This document shows, one piece after another, positions 1 through 16,847 of a DNA stretch of 64,000 nt. The stretch is from the NCBI GenBank assembly GCA_964016885.1, contig OZ024741.1, forward strand, positions 65,968,001 through 66,032,000, read 5' to 3'. The position numbers and the translations under genes are program-made. The DNA comes from Eledone cirrhosa. Its lineage: Eukaryota. The notes under the pieces are model-generated. The model had not been told where the DNA came from. It saw only the letters and a list, made by a program, of their open reading frames with translations, and did not search any database. The number at the start of each line of letters is the position of its first letter. Position 1 is the first letter of the stretch.

Positions 1-43
1 GTTGGTTGTTTGTTCTATGTGTGTGTGTGTTTTCATTTTGTCC

Positions 44-385
44 TTAATTGTAAGTTGTGATGTTGCTGTTCCACTCATATTTTCTATTTAATTTTGGTTG
101 TAATTCTTTTATGTTTATTGCCTCTGTAATTTGTCTAAACATTGCATCTTTTCTGTGTGTAGATTCCATTTTTATTTCTATGTTCTCTAATTTACCCTTG
201 TGTTCTATCTTAGCATGTTGGTAGAGTACAGATGATTCTTTATTATCTTGAAGGTTTCGCCAGTGTTCATTTATCCGTTCCCCTATACTACGAGCTGTCT
301 CACCTATGTACACTATATTTTTGTCTCTACATTGTCCTTCAGTACATCTTATGCTATACACTACATTTCTAGTTTTACAGTTAAT
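44..385 (-). pseudogene. GIY-YIG endonuclease C-terminal fragment of a Penelope-like element (family C), 5'-truncated
   Basis: Translation CKTRNVVYSIRC...VYIGETARSIGERINEH...LYQHAKIEH...RQITEAINI...LNRKYEW has the GIY-YIG motifs (VVY..YIG, R, H, E, N). Bases ~398-425 are an inverted copy of bases ~1-27 (its own 3' UTR). Confidence 0.85.
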
Positions 386-427
386 ATGGGGGCTTATAAA
401 CACACACATAGAACAAACAACCAACCA

Positions 428-1070
428 ATTTATTTATTTATATACGTTTATTTAATTATTTACATACACACACACATATTTATATGTGCGTGGTTTTGTA
501 TACCCATGGCAAGTGTTTTACGTATGCTTGTGTATGTAGGTATTTGCATGCGTGTATGCATTTATTTAATTTCTATTACCTCTGTATTGTATTTATTTAC
601 TTTTCTTAACTCTGAAGCGGAGATTCATTCGGTTTCCTAGTTAGAATTTAGTCTACGACTTCAGCTATACCATTTACGTGGTTTTCTCTTTGCTTGCAAT
701 TGTTCTCCACGCTCCACATATGACGTATTATCTTCGTTTTTTCCGTTCATTGCCAGAGAACGTCTCTATGAACCACCTAAGAGAATATTAGTCTACGACT
801 TCTTTTATACCATAAACGTGGTTATGTCTTTGCGCCTAATTGTTTTTCACCGCTCCTATTAATGACGTATAATATTCATTTTTTCCCGTTCTTTGCCAGG
901 GAACGTTTCCACGAACCAAAGTATCGTCTTCCTGTCTTCCTCCGGTTGCAACGTTTTTTTAAATATCCACTTCACCGTTCACAGATTGACTTTGTTAGTT
1001 TCAGAAGATCCCGTTAAGGGTGAAAGCAGCGATTCTTTGCTTAAACTTTGATCTGTTATTTTAATAAATA
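428..1070 (+). mobile_element. PLE family B 3' end/pLTR, non-coding, ending in (TA)n
   Basis: Reverse complement of 2926-3580, and matches 5738-6052 directly; ends ttttaataaata then a TA tract. Confidence 0.85.
981..1056 (+). ncRNA. Hammerhead-like type I motif with variant core CAGAAGA (family B)
   Basis: acagattga-bulge-AGTTT CAGAAGA t-ccc gttaa ggg-t GAAA gcag...ttgc TT AAACT ttgatctgt: stems I, II and III all pair, but U4 is A. Confidence 0.55.
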
Positions 1071-1090
1071 TATATATGTATATATATATA

Positions 1091-2429
<1,339 letters not shown>

Positions 2430-3919
2430 ATATATGTATATATATGTATATGTATACATATATATATATGTATATATGGAAAGTTATATTTAAATTGTTG
2501 GGTTACAACTAGTAAATATTTATAACTGATATAAAAGCACTCGACAAATATTTGGAGGAAACAGCTGTAAGCACAATAATGTTTTGAACAGTTCTTTGAT
2601 TCTTATATTTCATATAACTGCTCTGTAAATCATCTGATGTTTTTACATTGAGCTACTTAACTTACTGGTAATAAGGTAGTAATACATTACTGCCTACCAC
2701 TATTTAGGGTGTGTAAAATGCTTATAACTGCATAAGGTTTTGTATTTACATAACCATAAATAGTATAACTAATACTATATGTATATATATATGCATATAT
2801 ATATATGTATATATATGTATATATATATATGTATATATAGTAATAATAATAAAATTGAAGACTAAAATCCAAAGAGGGCTCGATAAGGAAAATATATATC
2901 AGATATATAAGAACCGAAGAGCAAATATTTATTAAAATAACAGATTAAAGTTTAAGCAAAGAATTGCTGCTTAACGGGATCTTCTGAAACTAACAAAGTC
3001 AATCTGTAAACGCAGAACTGGATATTTCAAAAAACGTTGCAACAGGAAAAAGACAGGAAGACGATACTTTGGTTCATGGTGACGTTCGCTGGCAAAGAAC
3101 GGGAAAAAACGAATAATACGTCATTAATAGGAGCGGTGAAAAACAATTACGCGCAAAGACAGAACCACGTTTATGGTATAAAAGAGGTCGTAGACTAATG
3201 TTCTCTAAGTGGTGCATAGAGACGTTCTCTGGCAATGAACGAAAAAACCGAAGATAATAAGTCATATGTGGAGCGTGGAGAACAATAGCACGCAAAGACA
3301 AAACCACGTAAATGGTATAGCAGAAGTTGTAGACTAAAATTCTAACTAGGAGACCGAATGAATCTCCGCTACAGAGTTAAGAACAAAGTAAATAAATACA
3401 ATACAGAAGTAATAGAAACAAATAAATACATACACGCAAACAGATACGTACATACACAAGCATACGCAAAACCTTACCATAGGTATACAAAACCACGCAC
3501 ATATAAATATGTGTATGTGTGTATGCTTGTGTACAAATAAATAAATAATTATATAAACGTATATAAGTAAATAAATACGTATATAACAAGCGCACACACA
3601 TACCTACAAATAAATACACGAAGGTTCGGAGACGTAAGTCAACTAAAACAAGAAGTACACATATACACACACCCACCATACGTACGAACCTGCATACTCA
3701 CGCAGACGCAAAACTCCCATATACACATAACCAAACCCTAAATACCAGAATATGTAAAAATTATACGCCATAACAGTCAAATATACGTACGAGAAGGTAT
3801 ACATATCTTCACAAAACATACGGGTAATATATATTTACCTATGCAAATAAGTAAAGGAATAAACAAAACATATACTTAGCTCCCACATCAAGACGTAAAA
3901 TATCCACGTATAGATCGTG

Positions 3920-5737
3920 CTATCCGTTAGGGTATAACGTGGGGCTGTAATACAGAAAGGTTTTGTGCAATTTATGTTTACAAGCCGAAATTGCCTCAGA
4001 TTTTTTGTTTAAGATGTGGTCTGTGGCGTAGAGTATTTCCAGGGCCTCAGCGGCGCAGAGGTCACATGGTCTTTTATTTCCGTTATACGATCTAGCCCTA
4101 GCTAGGATCTCCCAGTGTAACTTATATTGGGTGTGGTTGTCTTTTAGACTCCAGATATAAGCTGAAAGTGACGTCATATTCCTTCTTAGAGGGTAACGAA
4201 AAGAATGGGTATGCATGTAAAGACGCTGCTTGAAACTATTGGCGGTTAACCCTATGTAGGCCCTACGGGACGTGGGTGTTACAACCTTACATTTGTAGAC
4301 AATGTTACTAGAGAGGCATTTCCCGGATAGGGAATTACAGTTAGTACTAACTACAGGGTTGCACGTGTTCCTACGGCTAGGTAGTTTAGCTAAATTTGAA
4401 GCTGTGATGTTATGTGCAAGGTTAGGAGTCGTAGAGTAAGAAATTTTAATAGTGTTTCTATTAAAAATTTTACTATATTTATGTGTAGGGGGAAAATGCT
4501 TCGTAATAAGGGAAAGAAAGATCTTAGCTAATGGTGTGGCCACCTCCATATTATATGGTGGGTTAAACCAACAAATGCGACGGGATCTATTTCTTCTAGG
4601 TCTATTCCCGTACTCTGCATATGCTACCTTATCAACAAATCCACTTCGAGCAAGAGCTTCATTGTAATAAGTGGAATGGTCGTTGAAAATGCGCTCGTTG
4701 GTGGAAAGACGGGAAAGCCTCAACGAAACGTTTTTTACCAGGTTCTTGGTTATGCTGTCAGGATGGTTGGAATGCTTACTTATGTAATTAAGCGTATCAT
4801 TCGGCTTTCTATACGGGTAATACAACCCATTCAATAAATTGAGAGTAACGTCGAGGTAATTAACGACTGAGAGATTGGCCTCAACCTGTATAGAGAGGTT
4901 GAAGCCTTTAAAGAAGGCTGTGAGTTCTTTTCTGAATCTGTCGCAAGCACGAGGTCCGCACTTAGTCATCGTCAAAAGACCATCGTCACGGTACAAACCA
5001 CCGCCCGCGTTGGGGAATTCGTCCTTGATAGAGAAAAGAAGGAAAAGGCCAATAAGATCAGTAACCTCCGCAGAGTCACTGGCGCCCATACTCACGTCGA
5101 ATGGGGTACTATTGGATTTTTTAATCTAAATAGAGTCGTCGAAATTGATCACCGACTTTCGGGCATTAAGGATGACATCAACTTCGAAATCCTTAACCAC
5201 TGTGAGTGTTTTAGCGAAATTGATAGCTCTAAGGAGAAGTGGTAAAGTGATGGAGGAGTAGTAATTGTTGATATCGAATTGGATAAAACGGCAATGTTCC
5301 TTGTTACATATGCCGTTGAACCAATCAATCACCGCGAAAGAATTGTTCCACAGTGCGAGAGGGGCCAAACTTCTAATTTCAGGTATAATTCTATCAAGAA
5401 TCGTTTTACTAAGTCTACCTAAATCGGACTTCGTGGGGTTAATAAGCCGAATAGAGGGGTTGTTCGGAAAATTGGATTTGTGATCCTTCAGGGTAAAGTG
5501 GGGAGAGATAGGGTCCAGAGGTTCGGTCCGGTCCAGGATGTTGAGATCAGATGTGATTTTAAACCCAGCATCGTTGATTTCATTAATGACACACCGATTA
5601 GTTTTACGGTAATCCTTAGTTACAGCATTATATAGTAGTTGATGGTAAGTACTGCGCTCCACTTGATATAGGTTGCCAGTTTTGTCGGAATGGACGTGCA
5701 CGGCGTTAGAATCCTTAATAGAACGAATTCTATTCTT
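3920..5737 (-). pseudogene. PLE reverse transcriptase + GIY-YIG endonuclease (family B), single in-frame stop
   Basis: ORFs 5126-5761 and 3920-5095 share a frame; TAG at 5126-5128 aligns to a Trp in family A. Motifs SDKTGN, QFDINNYYSSI, MGASDS, YRDDG, YLDV, IVYKC..YIGLT..FKQR..H, CDLC. Confidence 0.92.
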
Positions 5738-5962
5738 CCAGAGAACGTCTCTATGCACCACTTAGAGAACATTAGTCTACGACCTCTTTTATACCATAAA
5801 CGTGGTTCTGTCTTTGCGCGTAATTGTTTTTCACCGCTCCTATTAATGACGTATTATTCGTTTTTTCCCGTTCTTTGCCAGGGAACGTTACCACGAACCA
5901 AAGTATCGTCTTCCTGTCTTCCTCCGGTTGCAACGTTTTTTGAAATATCCAGTTCTGCGTTT

Positions 5963-6038
5963 ACAGATTGACTTTGTTAGTTTCAGAAGATACCGTTAAG
6001 GGTGAAAGCAGCGATTCTTTGCTTAAACTTTAATCTGT
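5963..6038 (+). ncRNA. Hammerhead-like motif with variant core CAGAAGA (family B, second copy)
   Basis: Same fold as 981-1056; stem II t-acc gttaag ggt. Confidence 0.55.
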
Positions 6039-6050
6039 TATTTTAATAAA

Positions 6051-6117
<67 letters not shown>

Positions 6118-6136
6118 ATATATATATATATATTTG

Positions 6137-6245
<109 letters not shown>

Positions 6246-6365
6246 GTATATGTATATATATATATACAGTGAGTGTGTTCTGTTATTAATTCTGGCAATG
6301 TTACACAAATATGACCCTCCTCAACTATAACAATATATATATATATGTATATATATATATGTATG

Positions 6366-6412
<47 letters not shown>

Positions 6413-6433
6413 ATATATGTATATATATGTATA

Positions 6434-6558
<125 letters not shown>

Positions 6559-6561
6559 GTA

Positions 6562-6610
<49 letters not shown>

Positions 6611-6613
6611 GTA

Positions 6614-6653
<40 letters not shown>

Positions 6654-6732
6654 GAGGAGTATCTTTTGCAATTGCATTCTTTTTTCTATGTCCATACCTG
6701 CATTGTTTTGGCTTTATTATACATATTCAAAC

Positions 6733-6800
<68 letters not shown>

Positions 6801-6847
6801 GTATATATATATATGTATATATATATATATGTATGTATATATATATG

Positions 6848-6878
<31 letters not shown>

Positions 6879-6879
6879 G

Positions 6880-6924
<45 letters not shown>

Positions 6925-6931
6925 GTATATA

Positions 6932-7008
<77 letters not shown>

Positions 7009-7111
7009 ATATGTATGTATGTATATATATATGTATGTATATATGTATGTATGTATATATATATGTATATATATATATATGTATGTATATATATATGTAT
7101 ATATATATATG

Positions 7112-7160
<49 letters not shown>

Positions 7161-7171
7161 GTATATATATA

Positions 7172-8331
7172 GGAACCAGTAGGACCCCGACAGCTGAGCT
7201 CAAGCCGTTTCGACGGCTAATTCTGGACTAAATGAAAATTTATCCTGGTATTTAAATAGCCGATCTTCTCAAGGGGTAATTCCATATATGGTCAAAGTGA
7301 TTGTCAAAAATCAGTAGTAATTCTGTGGTTGCAAATTAGTAGGGGAGATGGTGGCTAAACCTGCCAGTAGGAGAAAGAGGGGAGGGGGTGGAGAAGACCC
7401 AATCAAGCGTTGGTAGTGCCAGCTACAGCTGGGCATGAGGTCAAAGAAGATACAGGGGAGGGGGAGGGGGAGGAAGTCGGAACGGTAGGTAGAACAATGG
7501 GGGGTAGAAATATATAGAAAAGCAAATAAGTGTAAAGAAAAAAGTAAAGTAAATTAAATTCTACGACCTAGGTGTCAGGCTATTGTTAGGCTAGAATAAA
7601 ATAAAGAAAGAAAGAAAGAAGTAAAGAAATAAATAAATAAATAAATAACGAAAAAAGTAAAAGAACTAGGTGGGACGGAATAGGCAAGCACCCTTTTAAG
7701 AGGTATAAGTACGTAAATGATACGGTGACGGGTCAACAAAAGGGGCCAAAATACTAAAGAGACTACCACGAAATACACAATAAAGGTTTCCATCCCGGGC
7801 CAGCAACGACCCAGTGCAGCAAAGTGAACTTGTACGAGATAGTAATTCTGAGTCCCGAGAAAAATATATACTAATGCTAACTCTAAAAGATCTAAGACAA
7901 GCTACATGAAAGTTCGTACGAAATAAAGGTAGAATACGGAGAAATAAATTCAGAATCCACCCCGCCCAGAAGAAAAGCGAAGCAAGAGATACTGAAACGA
8001 AAAAATAAGGCATAAGTGCCACTAAGAAATATAGAGGGGCCACCAAGAGAATAGTGGGAGCGGTCGGAAAAAGGGGGCAAGTATCCGGGGTCTAAGCCAA
8101 CTGCTATAAAGGGCGGAGTCCGCCAAATCTATCATAGACTAGGGGAGGGGGGTGGTGGGGGTACTAAGGCTACATGGGGCCAAAGGGCAGCCTCGGGTGG
8201 GCGAGAAAAGACGCCGACAAGGAGAAGAGCTGGGGTAGAAGGACAAAGGAGAGAGGGGGGAAGGAAATAAAGGAAGCGATAAAAGAATACAAAGAAGATC
8301 TTACGTCTTCCTTGGCAAGCAGGGGTTACCC
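7172..8331 (-). mobile_element. Family E non-coding retroelement 3' region inserted in (TA)n
   Basis: 7172-7231 is the reverse complement of the family E terminal motif (gtccagaa.tagccgtcgaaacggcttgagctc...gtcggggtc). The remainder is pyrimidine-rich on the minus strand with no credible ORF. Confidence 0.6.
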
Positions 8332-9536
<1,205 letters not shown>

Positions 9537-9588
9537 ATAAATGAAATAACAGGAGGCTGGACTGGTGTAAATCCTTGAAAGGTTTAAT

Positions 9589-9646
9589 ATACTATGATCA
9601 TTTCAATGACCGGGTTCCATATGAATCCGGTGATATCATCAGGTAT
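9589..9646 (-). ncRNA. Type I hammerhead ribozyme (family D)
   Basis: atac CTGATGA tatcaccggattc...gaacccggtcatt GAAA tgatca TA gtat; palindromic ATGATCAT. Confidence 0.8.
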
Positions 9647-10819
9647 TGGAATATAACAAAGGAATATGTAGAATTTTTTCTATCTCATTAATGTATATTT
9701 TATTATTTTTTATTAATGTATTTTCATCAATGTATTCTATCTTTATATTATTTCTTCATATTTTTTAGTATTTTGTCACTTTTCCTTACTCAGGTCATTA
9801 TGCACCTTTCATAGCCCCCTACCCACCCAAGATCCACACTACCTATAACCCGGACTAACTGGGACTTTAAAATAATTTTGGCCTATTTGCACTTTTCACT
9901 GGGTGGTGACCTTTCCCGGCTGCGCGCTGGGCACTCGGAGAGTTCAACCTTCCTTGAGTGCTCGGAAAAATAAATTTCTCCTCTTTCAGTAAATGAAATT
10001 ACTCGGAGCTGTTGCTTTGCCCCGGTCCACCGCGCCGCATGTTTTGGCCGCCACATTATACCTGTACAAACTACAGGTTTGAGCATGACTATTAGCTGTG
10101 TCGTGTCTCCACTGACACGTAAATAAACGCCTAATGTGTGATTTAATAGTATTCGTGTATAGACGATGGCCTGTCGAAATTGTGGAGTTCCGCTAGCGAT
10201 CCCGGGGCCAAAGTTAGCTACGTTCCTAGAGTACTCGGAAAAATTAATTTCCATTTTCTTTCGCTGGACGATACCACTCGAGACTGGCTGACTCATGGTG
10301 GTGGGTGTGCTGGCTGGGACACCCAATCGAAATCTTTACTCTATATCCCATCCTAATATCTAAAGATTTTTTTTCATTAAGACTCTCTCCGTAATTTCAT
10401 TAAATAAATAAATCTCGCTACCTCTATTTTTCAATTTACCATTTTGCAATTTAATTTAATTTCATCCTATAACTCGCAACATAAGTTTAACGTTCCAATC
10501 TTCGGTTCACACATTAGACCATACAGACACACATTATAGATTCTTTGGGTAGCATTTTTTCGCGGCATTTTCTAACATGAATGTAGTTTGACCCTTACAC
10601 TACACTTCTTTCTCCCTTTCTTTCTTTCTTCCCCTTCTTCTTTGACGGAGTGGTGGTAACGTATTGTAAGCCTTCGCCCCCTCACCAGATATTCATTGGT
10701 AGTTTTTCGGTTGCCAACACTTTGGGGGCGGCTGGCTGAGGAGCTAGTCGGTCAGCCGTCCCTTCTGTCTCTGATTTTTTGGACCCATGGCTTTTTACAT
10801 ATTCCTTTGTTATATTCCA

Positions 10820-10877
10820 ATACCTGATGATATCACCGGATTCATATGGAACCCGGTCATTGAAAGGATCATAGTAT
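10820..10877 (+). ncRNA. Type I hammerhead ribozyme (family D), stem III palindrome broken by one change
   Basis: atac CTGATGA ... GAAA ggatca TA gtat. Confidence 0.75.
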
Positions 10878-11078
10878 ATTAAACCTTTCAAGGATTTACA
10901 CCAGTCCAGCCTCCTGTTATTTCATTTATAATTAACTCCGTATTCGCACCACCAACTACACAAACGAAGATGGGTGAACTGCACTGCGTTGAGTACTCTT
11001 CACAATATTACACCAGGATTGACCATACGGAATGACCAGTTCTATCCAGTGGTGAACCAACAAACCTAAAGGTATATG

Positions 11079-11171
<93 letters not shown>

Positions 11172-11210
11172 GTATATATATATGTATATATATATGTATA
11201 TATATATGTA

Positions 11211-11334
<124 letters not shown>

Positions 11335-11335
11335 C

Positions 11336-11384
<49 letters not shown>

Positions 11385-11413
11385 ATCAAAAGATGGTTAA
11401 AGGAGTTCCATGT

Positions 11414-11482
11414 ATTTTATTATGCGCATTTCAAAAACAAACATCATCATGCAATAATATTTGTGTTTTCATCAGATAAAAC
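11414..11482 (-). ncRNA. Type I hammerhead ribozyme (family A)
   Basis: Same motif as 1222-1290. Confidence 0.8.
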
Positions 11483-12655
11483 AGGAGAACATGATATGAA
11501 GGCTAAAAAACACTTGTGGATGGTGCAGTTTTAAATCAACATATGAAAAGTGGTTTTAGATTGATGTGTGATATTGGGAAAAATATTTTATTTAGAGGGG
11601 GGGGATGAAAAAGGGGAGGAGATGAGAGTGAAGGTGGAGAGGGAGAGATGGGTGATAGAGAGAAAGAGATAGTTTTTAAAACTGAGAGAAGATATATTGT
11701 TTTACATAGAGAGGTTGAAAACCGTTGGAAGATAATGTATAAATTAAAAGAGTTTGAAAATTAACGAAGGGAAAAATATGTACGAGGAAAAAGTATTTTA
11801 TTTAGGGAGGGGGTGGTGGAAAGGATGAAAAAAGGGGAGGAGATGAGAGTGAAGGTGGAGAGGGAGAGATGGGTGATAGAGAGAAAGAGATAGTTTTTAT
11901 AACTGAGAAAAGATATATTGTTTTACATAGAGAGGTTGAGTACCGATGGAAGATAATGTATAAATTAAAAGAATTTGAAAATTAACGAAGGGAAAAATAT
12001 GTACGAGGAAAGAGAGGGAGTTGATATGTATGAAGATAGAGAGAAAAAAATAATAATTGCGGATGAATATCTAACGTCAAAAGGTGTATGTTTATAAGTA
12101 TTGTGACAATTTCAAAATTAAACGAAGAGAAAAAAAATTATTAAGGTTTGTGTGTAGAAGGATTTGAGAAAAATAATGTGAAGTTAAAGTTTGTATATTG
12201 AATGAATTGATAATATGTGCGAAGAAAGAGTTAATATGTATTAAAAAATTATTAAGGTTTGTGTATTAGATGATTTGAGAAAAATAATGGGAAGTTAAGG
12301 TTTGTATATTGAAGGAATTGATAATATGTGCGAAGAAAGAGTTAATATGTATTAAGAATGAGTTCGTTGATGGGGAGAAAAAAATAATAAATTAAGGATG
12401 AAATTGAGATTAAAAAGTTTTATGATAGAGAGAAAAAATAATAATAATTGCGGATGAAGATTCTAACGTCAAAAAAACAAATGTATATGTTATGAAGGAT
12501 TTTACAAGGTGAAGATAGAATGAGGGTAATGAGTAAACAAGTATTATAGAGTGTATAATGCCCTTTGAAGTAAGGTAGGAAGATGGGTATATTTTAAAGA
12601 GGTGTATGTATATGTGCCTTTGAGAAAAGATTCTAAATTGATAAAGAATTGAATA

Positions 12656-15058
12656 TTAGCTGTATACTTTGTGAAAAGTCCTATGGAATTTATGCAGGCA
12701 GATAGAAAACAAATCTGTACGTCTATTTATTATAGAATCTAGATTAGAGATAATGGTAAATTTTTCATTTAGGCAGAGATTACAGATTTTAGATAGAGAG
12801 CTGTTCAAGTATGAGGACGCAGAAGAAACCTTCTTCCAAAAGATGGTATATTTAATGTTTTTGTCTTTCAAGGACCATATGAGTTCTGAGAGAGCCGTGT
12901 TGGTTCTTTTAAGTTTGTATTTAAAAGATGAATGGTGATTATAGAGACGAGCTTTAAAAGAGGTGGAAGTGGAGCCAAAATAGGTGAAGGAATTGGTGCT
13001 AGTTATAACTTTACATTCATAAATTAAGTTTTTATCAAGACAATGGTTGTTGAGAGGACATTTATTTTTAATGCGGCAGTTGCAATTAGAGAGATTATTA
13101 ATGAGTGACCTAGTGTTATCTATAGAAGGAATTGGATTGGAGAAGTTGTTTGCGATAGGAATAATAGGAATAATAGTTTCTTGATTTAGAGTTGGATTAT
13201 GAACATTTAGCGAAGTTGTGTTTGACGTTGTATTTGGGTTTACAGAAGTTAGCCTAGGGTTTACAATGACGTCGGGAGTACTATTACTGTTATTATGAAA
13301 TTCAATGTTGGAAGGAAGAGATTTAGTATTTAGTATTTTATTGTTGTGTTTAGAGATGATGTTGGAAATATTGGAGGATGTAGAATAAGAAAATTTGATG
13401 GTGTGTTTGTTAAATATTTTACTATAGATATGTGAGGGAGGGAAGCATTTATTTAAGGCACTAAAAAATAATTTAGGAATATTGTTATTAATAGAGATGG
13501 AGAAAGGAGCATTATACCAGATTATGTTTTTGTATCTAGGTCTTTTATTAAAGTTATTGGAATGATCATGATTAATTATTCTACTGTAAGTTTTTCTAGA
13601 ATTTGTTTCTTTACTATATTTGATTTTATCTGGATAACCGGCTTTAGAAAGTGCGTTATTATAGTAATTGGCGTTAGCATCAAAGATGTTTTTATTAGAA
13701 GATATGTTAGATATTCTTTTTCCAATATTACTAACTATAGCATTCTTGATATTGGTAGGATGGTTAGATTTAAAGTTAACATAATTTAGGTTCTCATTGT
13801 TTTTATGGTAAGGGTAATATAGGCCAGTGTCAAGATTAAGAGATACATCCAAGAAATTAGCTAGTTTGATACTATTATCAAATTCAATTTTTAGGTTATG
13901 TTGGTTAAAGAGATTACGTATATTGTTCTTAATAATATTAAGGTTAACTATATTGCAATTTAAGATAGTAAAGAGTCCATCGTCACGATAAATTCCACCG
14001 CGAAGTTGAGGAATTTTCCGACTCAAAGAGTTCAAAATAAAGATACCAATTAAATCAGTCAATTGGGATGAATCGGATGCTCCCATTGTGATGTCGAAGT
14101 TGTTAGAGGTATCGGCTCTGGTCCAATATTCGTTGTTGAACTCTAGGATGGTTTTACGTGCGGTGAGGATGATGTGAAGTTCATCTGTGGTGATGTCAGA
14201 ATATTTAAGTGCGAAAGATAGAGCATTATTGAGAAGTGAAGGCGAAATGGAGGAATAGTAGCTGGCAATATCAAATTGAATACATTTTAGTTTGTTTTTA
14301 TTATCCAATTTGTTGAACCAGCCAATCACTTCAGAAGTACCAAACCATAAATTTAGGTTCAAAGAAGAGCAATTAGAACTAACCTGTGGGATAATTCTAT
14401 CCAAGATGGCTTTACTAACAACCCCCAGATCAGATTTAGAGGGGGCGATTAATCTAACAGGTAGTTCAGTGCGAAAATTGTTTTTGTGATCCTTGAGATT
14501 TATCCTCGGAGTTCTTGGGAGGAATGGTTCGGTCTTTTTTTCAATGCCAAGTTTTGACATAATCTCAGAGGCTTCAAGGTTTATGTATTCTAAATGTTCA
14601 TGGTTGGTTTTACGATACTTTTTCCTAAGTTCCTTTAGGATAAGGTTGTTATAATTATCCTTGGAAATACCATATAAGTTATTGGTTTTGTCAGAGTGGA
14701 CTAAAACATTTTTTGAGGAATTTAGGTTAGAAATTGTGTTCTTGAGATTTACAAGGTGCTCTTGTCCTTTGTAAGGGTATCTCTTGAATTTAAGATTTTT
14801 TATTATTTTAGTTAATTCTTCCTCGAATTGTACTAGATTTTTGTTGGAAGGAGGATTTCGTCTAGAATTAAATAGATGATCGAGGAAGTTATGTTCTTTG
14901 GTATGGAAGTTCCCTTTTAGGCGCTGGTCATAGAAATAGGCTGTCCATCTAAGTCTTCTTACGAAGGAGTCAGTTTTTTCAATAAGAAGTTTGGTGAATT
15001 CAGATTTACCAGGTATAGGAATGTCTTTAGTTGAATTGGTTATGTTGTAATAATCCAT
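12656..15058 (-). CDS. PLE polyprotein: reverse transcriptase + C-terminal GIY-YIG endonuclease (Hydra-clade-like), ~800 aa from ATG MDYYNIT
   Basis: Uninterrupted ORF with KDIPIP, RRLRW, SDKTNN, QFDIASYYSSI, MGASDS, YRDDG, FLDV, linker CNCRIKNKC (CxCx5C), LIYEC..YFGST..FKARL..H, CNLC. Confidence 0.93.
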   Translation of the reverse strand: MDYYNITNSTKDIPIPGKSEFTKLLIEKTDSFVRRLRWTAYFYDQRLKGNFHTKEHNFLDHLFNSRRNPPSNKNLVQFEEELTKIIKNLKFKRYPYKGQEHLVNLKNTISNLNSSKNVLVHSDKTNNLYGISKDNYNNLILKELRKKYRKTNHEHLEYINLEASEIMSKLGIEKKTEPFLPRTPRINLKDHKNNFRTELPVRLIAPSKSDLGVVSKAILDRIIPQVSSNCSSLNLNLWFGTSEVIGWFNKLDNKNKLKCIQFDIASYYSSISPSLLNNALSFALKYSDITTDELHIILTARKTILEFNNEYWTRADTSNNFDITMGASDSSQLTDLIGIFILNSLSRKIPQLRGGIYRDDGLFTILNCNIVNLNIIKNNIRNLFNQHNLKIEFDNSIKLANFLDVSLNLDTGLYYPYHKNNENLNYVNFKSNHPTNIKNAIVSNIGKRISNISSNKNIFDANANYYNNALSKAGYPDKIKYSKETNSRKTYSRIINHDHSNNFNKRPRYKNIIWYNAPFSISINNNIPKLFFSALNKCFPPSHIYSKIFNKHTIKFSYSTSSNISNIISKHNNKILNTKSLPSNIEFHNNSNSTPDVIVNPRLTSVNPNTTSNTTSLNVHNPTLNQETIIPIIPIANNFSNPIPSIDNTRSLINNLSNCNCRIKNKCPLNNHCLDKNLIYECKVITSTNSFTYFGSTSTSFKARLYNHHSSFKYKLKRTNTALSELIWSLKDKNIKYTIFWKKVSSASSYLNSSLSKICNLCLNEKFTIISNLDSIINRRTDLFSICLHKFHRTFHKVYS

Positions 15059-15358
15059 GTTGTAGAAGAAGAGGTAAAAGACCATCAAAAGGTATCCAAT
15101 ATGAGAGTAAGCGCTCAACCGTTAAGGAGCAAGTTAATGTAGGAGGTGAGTTTTATTGTAGTACAATAAAGCATTGCAGATATCGGATAAGAAGCACTCT
15201 ACAGTTTGTAGGACTGAAATGCGCATAATAAAATACATGGAACTCCTTTAACCATCTTTTGATCTTATATATTATGTATACTCCAGTCCTACAAACTGTA
15301 GAGTGCTTCTTATCCGATATCTGCATTGCTTTATTGTACTACAATAAAACTCACCTCC

Positions 15359-15414
<56 letters not shown>

Positions 15415-15433
15415 TATACATATATATATATAC

Positions 15434-15572
<139 letters not shown>

Positions 15573-15631
15573 CATATATATACATATACATATATATACA
15601 TATACATATATATATATATACATATATATAC

Positions 15632-15936
<305 letters not shown>

Positions 15937-15949
15937 CATATATATATAC

Positions 15950-15980
<31 letters not shown>

Positions 15981-15995
15981 CATATATATATATAC

Positions 15996-16026
<31 letters not shown>

Positions 16027-16071
16027 CATATATATGTATATACATATATATATATATACATATATATATAC

Positions 16072-16112
<41 letters not shown>

Positions 16113-16131
16113 CATATATATATATATATAC

Positions 16132-16246
<115 letters not shown>

Positions 16247-16287
16247 TATATACACATATATATATACATATATATATATATATACAC

Positions 16288-16320
<33 letters not shown>

Positions 16321-16329
16321 AATATACAC

Positions 16330-16360
<31 letters not shown>

Positions 16361-16363
16361 CAC

Positions 16364-16403
<40 letters not shown>

Positions 16404-16431
16404 ATATATATACATATATATATATATACAC

Positions 16432-16466
<35 letters not shown>

Positions 16467-16479
16467 CACATATATATAC

Positions 16480-16597
<118 letters not shown>

Positions 16598-16622
16598 ATA
16601 TATATATATATGTATATATATA

Positions 16623-16709
16623 TCAAAAGAAATCATCAGGCTTTCCTGATGATTTATTTTGAATGAAACAGTTCTAGTCCTGAAGACCCATTTCTATATT
16701 AAATGTGAT
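16623..16709. mobile_element. Tiny two-armed insertion (family G) between TA tracts
   Basis: tcaaaagaaatcatcagg is inverted against cctgatgatttattttga; the right arm continues ~45 nt further. Confidence 0.5.
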
Positions 16710-16800
16710 ATATATATAATAGTCTTTCCCTTATATCACAAAAACATCTTCCATGTAATTATGAACTTTCCTGACAATTACAGCCACACACACACACACA

Positions 16801-16847
<47 letters not shown>

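Larger units (their letters stand above)
2841..6052 (-). mobile_element. PLE family B, 5'-truncated, with inverted pLTR arm (5738-6052, +)
   Basis: RT-EN ORF on minus strand, 3' UTR 3919 to 2926 plus an ~85-nt extension to 2841; inverted copy of the 3' end at 5738-6052; TA tracts on both sides. Confidence 0.88.
9537..11073. mobile_element. PLE family D non-coding two-armed insertion
   Basis: 9537-9670 is the reverse complement of ~10796-10929; the right arm continues ~140 nt further to 11073; both ends abut microsatellite; an HHR lies in each arm. Confidence 0.8.
11382..15362 (-). mobile_element. PLE family A near full-length copy with inverted arm 15216-15362 (+)
   Basis: Intact ORF, ~1.27-kb subrepeated 3' UTR with HHR, 15138-15216 inverted against 15284-15362, TA tracts on both sides. 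Confidence 0.95.

Noticed and set aside
2545-2575. GAAA-cagctg-TA palindrome as a hammerhead
   Set aside because: Only the 3' half is present and the upstream ctgatat is not CUGANGA; at most a truncated remnant.
9883-10326. 147-aa ORF inside family D
   Set aside because: No recognisable motif, non-ATG start, and it spans an internal duplication of UTR-like sequence.
9537-11073. Inverted termini as DNA-transposon TIRs
   Set aside because: The arms are unequal, contain hammerheads, and in families A and B flank RT-GIY-YIG ORFs rather than a transposase.
16645-16690. ctgatga...gaaac as a hammerhead
   Set aside because: Stems I and II do not pair convincingly; better explained as an inverted-arm junction.
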